This document shows, one piece after another, positions 51,773 to 62,237 of a stretch of DNA of 64,000 bases (the first letter of the stretch is position 1; every line of letters starts with the position of its first letter). The stretch is from Stegostoma tigrinum (taxonomy: Eukaryota). The notes under the pieces were generated by a model. It did not search any database. It was given only the letters and a program-made list of their open reading frames with translations, and was not told the origin of the DNA. The translations under genes were made by a program, and so were the position numbers. The DNA lies in contig NC_081358.1 in the NCBI RefSeq assembly GCF_030684315.1, forward strand, positions 6,690,496 to 6,754,495, written 5' to 3'.

Positions 51773-52911
51773 TTCAAATAAACTTGTTCAACTATAACCT
51801 GATGACATGTGATTTTTGGCCCTGTCCACCCCAGTTCAACACCGGCACCACCACATCCTGAAAAAGATGTTATTTTGAACCGCACAGCCCATACAGCAAC
51901 AAGGTGGAGTGACTTCACACAAATATGTTCCACTTGACTCTCTTCTGCAGGTAACAGAAAAAGTGCTTTCGCAAGCTTGTGTGAATATGCTCATTGACTG
52001 GCAACCAAGATTAACAAAAAGAAGCTAAAACTTATAATTTATCAAACCAGATTTCATTCTGGGATCTGACTTGTCCAATATTACCACAGCACGAACCATA
52101 ACAATCTGTATTAACCAAGGAGCTTTTCAGAGGCTTAAACTGCTATTGTTTTATTTGAAAAGTATGGCTGTTCTATGGCTTAATGCAGCTGATTTTCGGA
52201 AATCATTCCAAATGTTTCCGGGATAATGCTATTTTCAGTTTGCTCCCGATTTCTTGATATGCTGCCATAATGGGTGAGGCTCTAAACTGAGAGGATAGAT
52301 TTGTACAACCACCTCTAAGTGACCATCTATGTCAAATATTACCTGCTTGAGTTTTAGCAATAATAGTCGTGTGGTGCTTATGGTTCAAGCATAGTATGGC
52401 ACAAATATAATGTTCAAATTTTTAAAAGGTACAAAATTAAAGGTTTAACAATGTTAAGGACCTCATGACCAAGTATAAATGGTTGTGAGTTTCAGATTGA
52501 ATGGAAAGCAACAAATTGTATTTATATTGTGCCTTAAATGCAGTGAAATTTCTAAAGACTCATCACCGGTGTTGACAGTCCACAGATGTGTTTTTCTTTT
52601 GAATGGAGTTTTGGATTAGCATATCTAATACACTCTACCGAAGGATCCTGCTACATTTAGTTCCCGGCTTCAAAGATGTAAAATAGATATCTGAGGGTCC
52701 AAATGGCAGGCCACATGTATGTATTCTTTCTGTACCATACCTACCATGCTCTAAAGAAACCATGATTGACCTCTAAGTTTTAGGTATTTAATTACATAGA
52801 ATCATAGAAATATTTGAATAAAAGGCATCAGTTCGTTCATAAACTGAAGTTGCTGTTCATAAACAGAAGCATCTGTGAAGAAGATATCAAAGTTAATTTG
52901 ATTAAAAAAAA

Positions 52912-53711
52912 GGCCCCGAGATCACTTTCCATATTAAGCAGAGGTTCACCTGCACATCTGCCAATGTGGTATACTGTATCCATTGTAACCGGTGTGGCTT
53001 CCTCTACATTGGGGAAACCAAGCGGAGGCTTGGGGACCGCTTTGCAGAACACTTCCGCTCGGTTCGCAATAAACAACTGCACCTCCCAGTCGTGAAACAT
53101 TTTAACTCCCCCTCCCATTCTTTAGATGACATGTCCATCATGGGCCTCCTGCAGTGCCACAATGATGCCACCCGAAGGTTGCAGGAACAGCAACTCATAT
53201 TCCGCTTGGGAACCCTGCAGCCCAATGGTATCAATGTGGACTTCACCAGCTTCAAAATCTCCCCCTCCCCCACTGCATCCCAAAACCAGCCCAGCTCTTC
53301 CCCTCCCCCCACTGCATCCCAAAACTTGCCCAGCCTGTTTCTGCCTCCCTAACCTGTTTTTCCTCTCACCCGTCCCTTCCTCCCACCTCAAGCCGCACCT
53401 CCATTTCCTACCTACTAACCTCATCCCACTTCCTTGACCTGTCCGTCTTCCCTGGACTGACCTATCCCCTCCCTACCTCCCTACCTATACTCTCCTCTCC
53501 ACTTATCTCCTTTTCTCTCCATCTTTGGTCCGCCTCCCCCTCTCTCCCTATTTATTCCAGAACCCTCACCCTATCCCCCTCTCTGATGAAGGGTTTAGGC
53601 CCAAAATGTCAGCTTTTGTGCTCCTGAGATGCTGCTTGGCCTGCTGTGTTCATCCAGCTTCACACTTTATTATCTTGGATTCTCCAGCATCTGCAGTTCC
53701 CATTATCTCTC
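52912..53711 (+). mobile_element. PLE family A 3' fragment (GIY-YIG plus pLTR)
   Basis: ORF 52966-53352 VYCIHCNRCGFLYIGETKRRLGDRFAEH...RLGTLQPNGINVDF, with the same pLTR as the 60140 element. A 10-bp duplication tcaaagttaa lies at 52887-52896 and 53712-53721. Confidence 0.9.
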
Positions 53712-53715
53712 TCAA

Positions 53716-53753
53716 AGTTAACCTTTCGGGTCCAGTGACCCTTCCTCAGAACT
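53716..53753 (-). ncRNA. Minimal hammerhead ribozyme motif (PLE family C)
   Basis: Minus strand agtt-CTGAGGA-A-GGGTC-actg-GACCC-GAAA-gg-TT-aact, with a 4-bp stem I and 5-bp stem II. The stem III palindrome reads AGGT here but ACGT in the copies at 12553-12590 and 36231-36265. Confidence 0.72.
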
Positions 53754-53879
53754 GTTCTTTCTGTTTTTTTCCTGTTTTTCTTCACAGATGCTGCCAGACC
53801 TGTAGAGTTTTCAAGTAACTTCTGTTTTTGTTCCTGATTTACAGCATCCGCAGTTCTTTCAGTTCTTACCATTTGGTTT

Positions 53880-54900
53880 ATTATGTTTGCGCTGGCCAGA
53901 AAAGTGTAATGCAGTCTAATGCCACTTTCTAATTCAGTCTTCTAGTATACAACACTTCAATTGCATATCTAAGTTCTTTAAAATGTATTGAGGGTCTCTG
54001 TCTCTACTACCCTCTTAAGCAGTGTCACTCAGACCCACCATCATCTAGATGAGAAAATTACCCCTCAGCTCTCCGCTCATCCTTCTACCAAAATGACTTT
54101 AAATTTGTCTAATATTCCCTCATAACTAAGATTATCTAGTCCTGGTAACATTCTTGTTAATCTCTTCTTTTTATTTTTCTTTTAATTTTCTTGTAATACA
54201 ATGACCAGAAATGTACACAGTCCTCTAGATAAATAGTTAGAGCCCCTGCTCTTATTATATATGCCCTAGCTAATAAAGGCACATATTCTGTCTGCCTTAT
54301 TGATCAGCTTACTTACTTGCTCTGCTACTTTCAGGCAACCGTGGACATGAACTCCAAGGTCCCTTTGTTCCTTTACAATTCTCAGTATCCTACTATTTAT
54401 TGCATATTTCTTTACCTTATTTGCTGTTCCTAAATGCATTGACTTCTCCAAACTTAATTCTGGGCTCCTGACCAGTCCACCCATCTGTTCCTGCAGTTTA
54501 CAGGTTCATTCCTCATTATCAAAGACAATCTTTGTATCATCTGCAAACGTTTAACTATGCTCACTGCATTTAGGTTTAAATCATGAATGTCTACAAAAAT
54601 CCAGGATCACCTGTTTAGCCCTGTAAAACCCCACTGGAAACAACTTCCCACTCACAAGAACACCTATTGACGTTTTGGTTCTTGTTAATGAGCAAATTTG
54701 GATCTAACTTGCTACATTCCATCCCTTGTTTACTTTTCTGACTAGTTAATGACTTGGAACCTTATGAAAGGCTTACAAAATTTATGTTGATGAGAACAAA
54801 TGTGCTACCCTCATCAACTTTCCTCCTTAGCCCTTCAAAATATACAATCAAGTCACTTGGATTCCCATGCCCTCAGTCTTTGTCCTTCTTGATGGTTTTT
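53880..54900 (-). mobile_element. Old CR1 LINE fragment
   Basis: MHLGTANKVKKYAINSRIL...EQRDLGVHVHGCLKVAEQV. Confidence 0.72.
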
Positions 54901-55009
54901 GTTTTGGAAGATGTTGCCAAATTACAAGAAAAAAAGAGAAGAGATTAACAAGAATTTTACCAGGACTGGATAATCTTAGTTATGAGGGAATATTAGACAA
55001 ATTAGTCAA

Positions 55010-55720
55010 AGGTGAGTTACTGCACTGCCAATGGAGTGAGCTGCTTTGTCCTGGATGATGTTGTTAGCCCTCTACCATCCAGGCAAATGGGGAGTTATTC
55101 CATCACACTCCTGACTTGTGCCTTGTGGACAGGCTTTGGGAAGATAGTTGGCGGTCCAGCTGCTGCTAAACTCTAGCCTCTGACCTGCTCTTACAGCCAT
55201 TGTATTTATATCATTGGCCAAGTTCAGCTTCTGGTCGATGATAACCCCCACTGAAGCAGCCAGTGATGGTAATCCATTCAAAATCAAAGGGTAATGCCTG
55301 GCATATGTGCAACTGAGAGTTACTTGCCACTCATTAGCCCAAATCTCCAGGACTGTTTTCCAGGACTTGCATGTGGACATGGATTGTTTCAGTATTTGAA
55401 GACTCATGAATGGTGCTGAATATTGATATTTGCACAGTGAACATCCCCATTTCTGACAGATCGATGGTGAGAAATCTTTGGCGAAGCAACTAAGGGTGGT
55501 TGAGCCTAGGATACTACCCTGTGGAGCTCCTGTATGAGATGTCCTGGGATTGAGATGATTAACTTCCCACAACCATAACCATTCTCCGTTCTGCTAGGTA
55601 TGACTCCAACTAAATGGAGAGTTTTCCAGCCTTATTCCCAATGGCTTTTTCTAGGTCTCCTTGATCCTACACTTCATCAAATGCTGCTTTGGTGTAAAGA
55701 TCAGTGGCTCTCACCTCATT
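55010..55720 (-). mobile_element. CR1-group LINE RT fragment
   Basis: GAPQGSILGSTTLSCF, WANEWQVT and VGVIIDQKLN. Confidence 0.75.
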
Positions 55721-56379
55721 CCAGGTGTTAAACATATTTGTCCAAGTACAAGTTACCCTTTTCTACTCTTCCCTTAGTTATTCTCTGGTGCTTTATGTAT
55801 TTACAAAATAACTTTAGGATTCTCACAATTTTATTTGCCAATATTTTCATGTTTTCTCTTTGTTGACCTAATGTCCTTTTTGCTTTAACTTGGACTTTCT
55901 ATACTCCAGGCTTTCTTCTGCATTAAACTCATGATAGAACTCTCCTCAATTACAATAGTCTACACCCTGTACACTTGGCAGCTGGGGTGCTCTTCTTTGT
56001 GAGATTATATTCGTTCTGAACCCTCATTATTGTCTGCTTGAAAGCTTCCACTCTTTCATCCTAATGATCACTATGATTTGTTCCCTGTTCACCTTTGCTA
56101 AAACTCACTCTATCTTTATAAAGCTGGTCTTTCCTTAAGTGTGAACTTCTGCTCCTGGTCTATCTTTGTCCTTTTGCACAGCTACACTAACTAAATTATG
56201 ATCACTATCTTCAAAGTGTTATCCTATTGATATCCATTCTACCTAGCCAAACTTATTCTAGGTATAGCCCTTCAGCTGCTACAGATTGCACCTTTCTTAG
56301 GACTGATCCCAATGTCTAGAAATTGAACGTCTTCCTTCCCAACCTCCACTAACTTCTGCACCAGCTCTTCAGTAAATGT

Positions 56380-57130
56380 GTACGGAGAGGTTGAATGCAC
56401 CGGGACTATTTTCCATGCAGTGTCAGAGGGGGACCTTACAGAAGTTTATAAAATCATGAGGGGCATTGGAGAGGGCAGGAGGGTAGGAGAGTCCAACCCT
56501 CAAGGGGATAGGATTAAGGTGACAGGGAAAGATTTAAAATGGACCAGAGGGGCAACTTTTTCCACACAGAGGGTGGTGCGTGTGTGAAACAAGCTGCAAA
56601 AGGCAGTGGCAAAGGGGAGTACAATTACAACATTCAAAAGACATTTGGCCAGGTATCTGAATTTATTTTTACTCATTAGCAGGAAGAGGGCGTCACTGAC
56701 TGGGCAGCATTCATTGCCCATCCCTAATTGTCCAGAGGGCAGTTCATAGTCAACCGTATTGCTGTGGGTCTGAATCACATGTAGGTCAAACCAGGTAAGG
56801 ATGGCAGTTTCCTGCCCTAAAGGACATTAGTGAACAAGATGGGTTTTTCCTGACAATCGACAATGGATTCATGGTCATTATTACACTCTTAATTTCAGAT
56901 ATTTATTGATTTCAAGTTCTACCATGGTAGGATTCAAACCTAGACCATTAGCTGGGTCTCTGGATTAACAGTCCAGCAATAATACCACTAGGCCATCACC
57001 TCCCTTAATAGGAAGGGTTTAGTGGGATACAGTCCAAATGCTGGCAAATGGGACTAGATTAATTTAGGATGGTCAGCATGGATGAGTTAGGACAAGTTGT
57101 GTGTTTTTGTGCTGTACACCTCTATGATTC
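56380..57130 (+). mobile_element. CR1 3' fragment with a nested SINE
   Basis: GDLTEVYKIMRG and FSTQRVVRV. The tail resumes at 57007 after the SINE. Confidence 0.8.
56662..57004 (-). mobile_element. SINE family 2, near full length
   Basis: Reverse complement of 31872-32215. Confidence 0.82.
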
Positions 57131-58574
57131 AACAATTCTATAATAAATATTCCTATATCTTTGTATTTTCTAACACATGCACTGGGAATAATTTGGAGAT
57201 TACTGCTGTTGAGGTCATGCCTGCTAATTTATTTACAACTTCCTAAAATTTGTCTGTTGACCCCCACCCTTCTTTCTATCTGTATTGTTGGCATCAGTAC
57301 AATATTCAGTCTTCCTTTTAGAATATCCTGCGGCCAGTCAGTGATGTTCAGATCTGGCAACAGTTAGACAACATATCCCATGAGCATATCTGCAACTACA
57401 GAAATATCCGTCTGTTCCCCTAACTGTTGGATTTCAATTGCTACCACAGAATTACAGAATTGATACTCTGCACAAAGAGGCTACTCGCCCCACCATCTTT
57501 GCTCTGGCTCTCTGTCCTGGTTTAATCACCCCATTGTTGTTTCTCAGCTCAACTCATATGGCTTCCAGCATATAATTCCTTTTTGCAGATATAACTGTGT
57601 TCCCTCACAAATATTATTCTCTTTGAACTTATTTATCCCCCATAATCCCATCAGAAAACCCTATAATGAGAACTGTTATTTTGTAGCCATCTAAGAGCAG
57701 GGTGACAACTGCGCATTGTGAGCAGGGGTGTCAATGAAATGAGGTATCACACTAGTGCCACATACTAGGCCAATTCTATTCCCCATTGCAATGTTTCCAG
57801 CACTGAGGGGGCGGTGTCAGTTGTTCCACTCAGACATGGGTTAAGTGATACCTTTTAAACTGCCAGTTCAGGATGGACAATAAATTCTAGCTTAGCCAAT
57901 AGCATCCAGATTCTGTGCAAGAGTTAAGATAACTGATGGAAAGTTAAGGGTCTCTGCCAGTTAACATTGAAATTTAATTCACACTGGGGAAGCCCATGTC
58001 CCCTCCTTCCCCTGGCTAGGTCTTGCCAGTTTGGCCCTGGTGAGGCCACAGCTTTGCATCTAAGTCTGGCTCAGTCGCAGCCCATCTTCTGCAGGGACTC
58101 ACTCTAGTCTCAGCAGTGGCTAGCATTCTTGACCAGCTGCTGGGACAAGAGAGCCGCTGGTGTTTAAATAGCTGTGGGGCTAGTCAGCCAAGAGGGGTGG
58201 GTTCATTTCCAGCATAAAGTTCAGCTCCAGGAACGCTGAGCTGCCATTTCTGCCATACCTTAAGCACCATGTTGGTCCATGTATCCTCCTTGACATCCAG
58301 AGCACTGTAGAATGGGGAGTCATTTTATCTTTGTGGCAACATATTTGTTCTGAGCCCCCCGGATTTCTCTGATTTATTTTCAAGTAGCTGCTTGCGGTTC
58401 AGGTTTATCAAATTAGATGTCAACCAAGTTAGACCAGCCTTTCACAATTCAGAAATTTTTCCTACACTACCTTTTTCTGTATCCGTATTTTACAATTAGT
58501 TCGGAATAAATATACATTGGAAATGCTATTACGTGAGGTTTATTTTCTATTAATAACATTGAAAATAAAGTGAC

Positions 58575-58712
58575 CTGATTTTCTTTCACATTTATCTGTC
58601 CTTCTTCTTTACAGCCTGTGAATGGTTTGGTGCATCTGAAGACCTTCTCACCCACCAGCACTTTCTGAACAAACGTTGCAGGAAAATATCCAACACGATC
58701 AGCAATTTTGCC
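58575..58712 (-). CDS. STAC: STAC-family (SH3 and cysteine-rich domain protein) penultimate coding exon: end of SH3-1 and most of SH3-2
   Basis: 138-nt exon with acceptor tttcccag| and donor |gtcact. It encodes [46 protein letters not shown], matching the STAC C-terminal tandem SH3 region as I recall it (GKI.DR.GFFPANFVQ...GCKE.GQI.LKENQ). It splices in phase 0 to the exon at 49000. Confidence 0.93.
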
Positions 58713-59902
58713 CTGGGAAATGGGAAAGAGAAGCAAACAGTAAAGTGGATAGCTTCACATTTTTCCACTGCTGCAGAAAGATCAGGGTAAAATGTCACAG
58801 GTATAACTTTGAGCCAGTAATGACAACCTAGCAGACTCCTCACTGGCACAACTGTGTCATGACATTATGTCACCAGCGATGAACAGGGAGGGATACACAA
58901 AATAGCTGTCCATTTGTATTTCCCATTTAAGCCAGTGATATGACCGCTGTAGCCTTCTATGATAGAGGATTCCAGTGGTTCACACCTTCCGAGTGAAGAA
59001 ACTTCTATTCATCTCCAGTTGAAATGGCTTGAGGCCATGATCACCTGTTTCTCCTTATGCAACAAACCTACAATCCCGGGAATCAGTCTGGTGAACCTTA
59101 CTGCAACCCATCTATGGAAAGTAGAAGTTTTCTTATGTAAGAAGGCCTAAATTGCACTCCAAGGTGCGCTCTCACCCAGGCCTGTGGAGCTGGCGTAAGA
59201 CTTCCTTGCTCCTGTACTCAAGCTTTCTTACAATGAAGGCCACCATATCATTTGCTTTCAGACATACTTGCTGCACCTAAATACTTACCGTCAGTGTTGG
59301 CCATACAATTATATCAAGTGTTGTGCATCAACACTTCCCAATTTATCGCTATTTAAGTAATATGCTGCCAGTCTGTTTTTGCTATTGAAATGGACTTCTT
59401 CACACGTATCTACATTACTCTCCATCTGCCATGCATTTACTCATTCATTCAAATTGTCTAAATTCCCTTGAAGGCTATTTACAATCTCCTCACCACCCAC
59501 AATCCCACCTAGTTTTGTGTCCAGGCAGTCCCCTGGTTGCGAATGGTTTCTATTTCCAAATCTATTTGCAAGTCGATTTGTATGCAAATAGGAACGCAAT
59601 GCGGGATAACACAAAGTAGGCATTCATAAGAACTGGAAATGTTTGCATGTTGGATCTTTAAAATTACACCCGTGCATGGAATTATGTGTAAGTATGAGTG
59701 TTCATAAGTCAGATGTTTGTAGATCAGGGATCTCCTGTAGTTAGAAACTTGGAAATCTTACACTTGATTTCCTCATTCTATTTGTTGAGATCCAATGCTA
59801 AAAACTGGGCTCAAGCATTGATGCCTGCAGGACAACATATCACCATCTTCCACTCAAAAAAGACTCATTAAATGTCAGCTAACCAATGCTCAATCCATGC
59901 CA

Positions 59903-60037
59903 AAAATCACACAATGCCAGGTTATAACCCAAAAGGTTTATTTGAAAACGCAAGCTTTTGGAGCTCAGCTGTTTCCTCAGGCATTGTGATTTTTGACCTT
60001 ATCCCCACAGTCTAACACTGGCATCCCCACATCATAG
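59903..60037. mobile_element. PLE family B fold-back mini-insertion
   Basis: Matches both ends of the 49215-51857 element. 12-bp TSD caatccatgcca (59891-59902 and 60038-60049). Confidence 0.8.
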
Positions 60038-60139
60038 CAATCCATGCCAGTATATTAACGCCAATCCCATGGGCTTTGATTTTGTACACTAAAAGGTCTT
60101 ATATGAGACTTTATCAAAAGCTGACTGAAATTCCAAATA

Positions 60140-62237
60140 GTATCAGTGATAATGGGAACTGCAGATGCTGGAGAATCCAAGATAACAAAGTGGAAGCTGG
60201 ATGAACACAGTAGGTCAAGCAGCATCTCAGGAGCACAAAAGCTGACGTTTCGGGCCGAGATTCTTCATCAGAGAGGGGGATGGGGAGAGCGTTCTGGAAT
60301 AAATAGGGAGAGAGGGGGAGGCGGACCGAAGATGGAGAAAAAAGAAGATAGGTGGAGAGGAGACTATAGGTGGGGAGGTAGGGAGGGGATAGGTCAGTCC
60401 GTGGAAGATGGACAGGTCAAGGAGGTGGGATGAGGTAGTAGGTAGGAAATGGAGGTGCGGCTTGAGGTGGGAGGAAGGGATGGGTGAGAGGAAGAACAGG
60501 TTAGGGAAGTGAAGACAGGCTGGGCTGGTTTTGGGATGCAGTGGGGGGAGGGTCGAGCTGGGCTGGTTTTCGGATGCAGTGGGGGGAGGGGAAGAACTGG
60601 GCTGCTTTTGGGATGCAGTGGGGGAAGGGGAGATTTTGAAGGTGGTGAAGTCCACATTGATACCATTGGGCTGCAGGGTTCCCAAGTGGAATATGAGTTG
60701 CTGTTATTGCAACCTTCGGGTGGCATCATTGTGGCACTGCAGGAGGCCCATGATGGACATGTCGTCTGAGGAGTGGGAGGGGGAGTTAAAATGGTTCGTG
60801 ACTGGGAGGTGCAGTTGTTTATTGCGAACCCAGCGGAGGTGTTCTGCAAAGCAGTCCCCAAGTCTCCGCTTGGTTTCCCCAATGTACAGGAAGCCACGCC
60901 GGGTACAATTGCTACAGTATACCACATTGGCAGATGTGCAGGTGAACATCTGCTTAATATGGAAGATCATTTTGGGGCCTGGGATGGAGGTGAGGGAGGA
61001 GGTGTGGGGGCAGGTGTAGTACTTCCTGCGGTTGCAGGGGAAGGTGCCGGGTGTGGTGGGGTTGGAGGGCAGTGTGGAGCGGACAAGGCAGTCATGGAGA
61101 GAGTGGTCTCTCCAGAAGGCAGACAAGGGTGGGGATGGAAAAATGTCTTGGGTGGTGGGGTCGGATTGTAGATGGCAGAAGTGTCGGAGGATGATGCGTT
61201 GTATCCGGAGGTTGGTGGGGTGGTGTGTGAGAACGAGGGGGATCCTCTTGGGGCGGTTGTGGCGGGGGCGGGGTGTGAGGGATGTGTCGCGGGAAATGCG
61301 GGAGACGCGGTCAAGGGTGTTCTCGATCACTGTGGGGGGAAAGTTGCGGTCCTTGAAGAACGTGGACATCTGGGATGTGCGGGAGTGGAATGCCTCATCC
61401 TGGGAGCAGATGCGGCGGAGGCGGAGGAATTGGGAATAGGGGATGGAATTTTTGCAGGACAGTGGGTGGGAGGAGGTGTATTCTAGGTAGCTGTGGGAGT
61501 CGGTGGGCTTGAAATGGACATCAGTTACAAGCTGGTTGCCTGAGATGGAGACTGAGAGGTCCAGGAAGGTGAGGGATGTGTGGGAGATGGCCCAGGTGAA
61601 CTTGAGGTTGGGGTGGAAGGTGTTGGTGAAGTGGATGCACTGTTCGAGCTCCTCTGGGGAGCAAGAGGCGGCGCCGATACAGTCATCAATGTAACCGAGG
61701 AAGAGGTGGGGTTTGGGGCCTGTGTAGGTGCGGAAGAGGGACTGTTCCACGTGACCTACAAAGAGGCAGGCATAGCTTGGGCCCATGCGGGTGCCCATGG
61801 CCACCCCCTTAGTCTGTAGGAAGTGGGAGGAATCGAAAGAGAAGTTGTTGAGGGTGAGGATGAGTTCGGCTAGGCGGATGAGGGTGTCGGTGGAGGGGGA
61901 TTGGTCGGGCCTGCAGGACAGGAAGAAGCAGAGGGCCTTGAGGCCATCTGAATGAGGAATACAGGTGTATAGGGATTGGACGTCCATAGTGAAAATGAGG
62001 TGTTGGGGCCAGGGAATTGTAAGTTCTGGAGGAGGTGGAGGGCATGGGTGGTGTCACAGACTTAGGTAGGGAGTTCCTGGACCAAAGGGGAGAAATCCCC
62101 CTCTCTCCCTATTTATTCCAGAACCCTCTCCCCATACCCGTCTCTGAAGAAGGGTCTAGGCCCGAAACATCAGCTTTTGTGCTCCTAAAATGCTGCTTGG
62201 CCTGCTGTGTTCATCCAGCTTCACACTTTTGTTATCT
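60140..62237 (-). mobile_element. Penelope-like retroelement, family A (Neptune-type), 5'-truncated with an inverted pLTR fragment
   Basis: Contains an RT plus GIY-YIG ORF, a 3' pLTR at about 60140-60620 and an inverted pLTR copy at about 62095-62237. Flanked by a 14-bp TSD tgaaattccaaata (60126-60139 and 62238-62251). Confidence 0.93.
60704..61987 (-). pseudogene. PLE reverse transcriptase / GIY-YIG endonuclease ORF, disabled
   Basis: RT motifs DVQSLYTCIP, GVAMGTRMGPSYACLF and YIDD; Cys-rich linker PCNRRKYYTCPH; GIY-YIG VVYC...LYIGETKRRLGD.FAEH. It stops prematurely at RRLQ*, whereas the copy at 52966 continues RRLQEQQLIFRLG. A stop and an apparent frameshift lie just upstream of the Met. 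Confidence 0.9.

Larger units (their letters stand above)
49215..51857 (+). mobile_element. PLE family B with inverted (tail-to-tail) pLTRs and decayed GIY-YIG, carrying nested insertions
   Basis: About 49220-49620 is the reverse complement of about 51340-51820. Decayed reading PCHSNLCKT...SCDSANVVCLIRC...NIGKTMQTL...EHFSGQGHS at about 50455-50815. 11-bp TSD ctgaaaaagat (49204-49214 and 51858-51868). Confidence 0.85.

Noticed and set aside
58467-58736. 89-aa ORF as a standalone gene
   Set aside because: Only 58575-58712 is exonic. The flanks are intron read-through past clear splice sites.
60394-61819. Many overlapping ORFs on both strands
   Set aside because: They are shadow frames of the GC-rich PLE ORF.
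275-62237. Recurring gatgctgcttggcctgctgtgttcatccagc as a CRISPR-like repeat
   Set aside because: The copies are dispersed, occur in both orientations, have no regular spacers or cas genes, and are part of the PLE pLTR in eukaryotic DNA.
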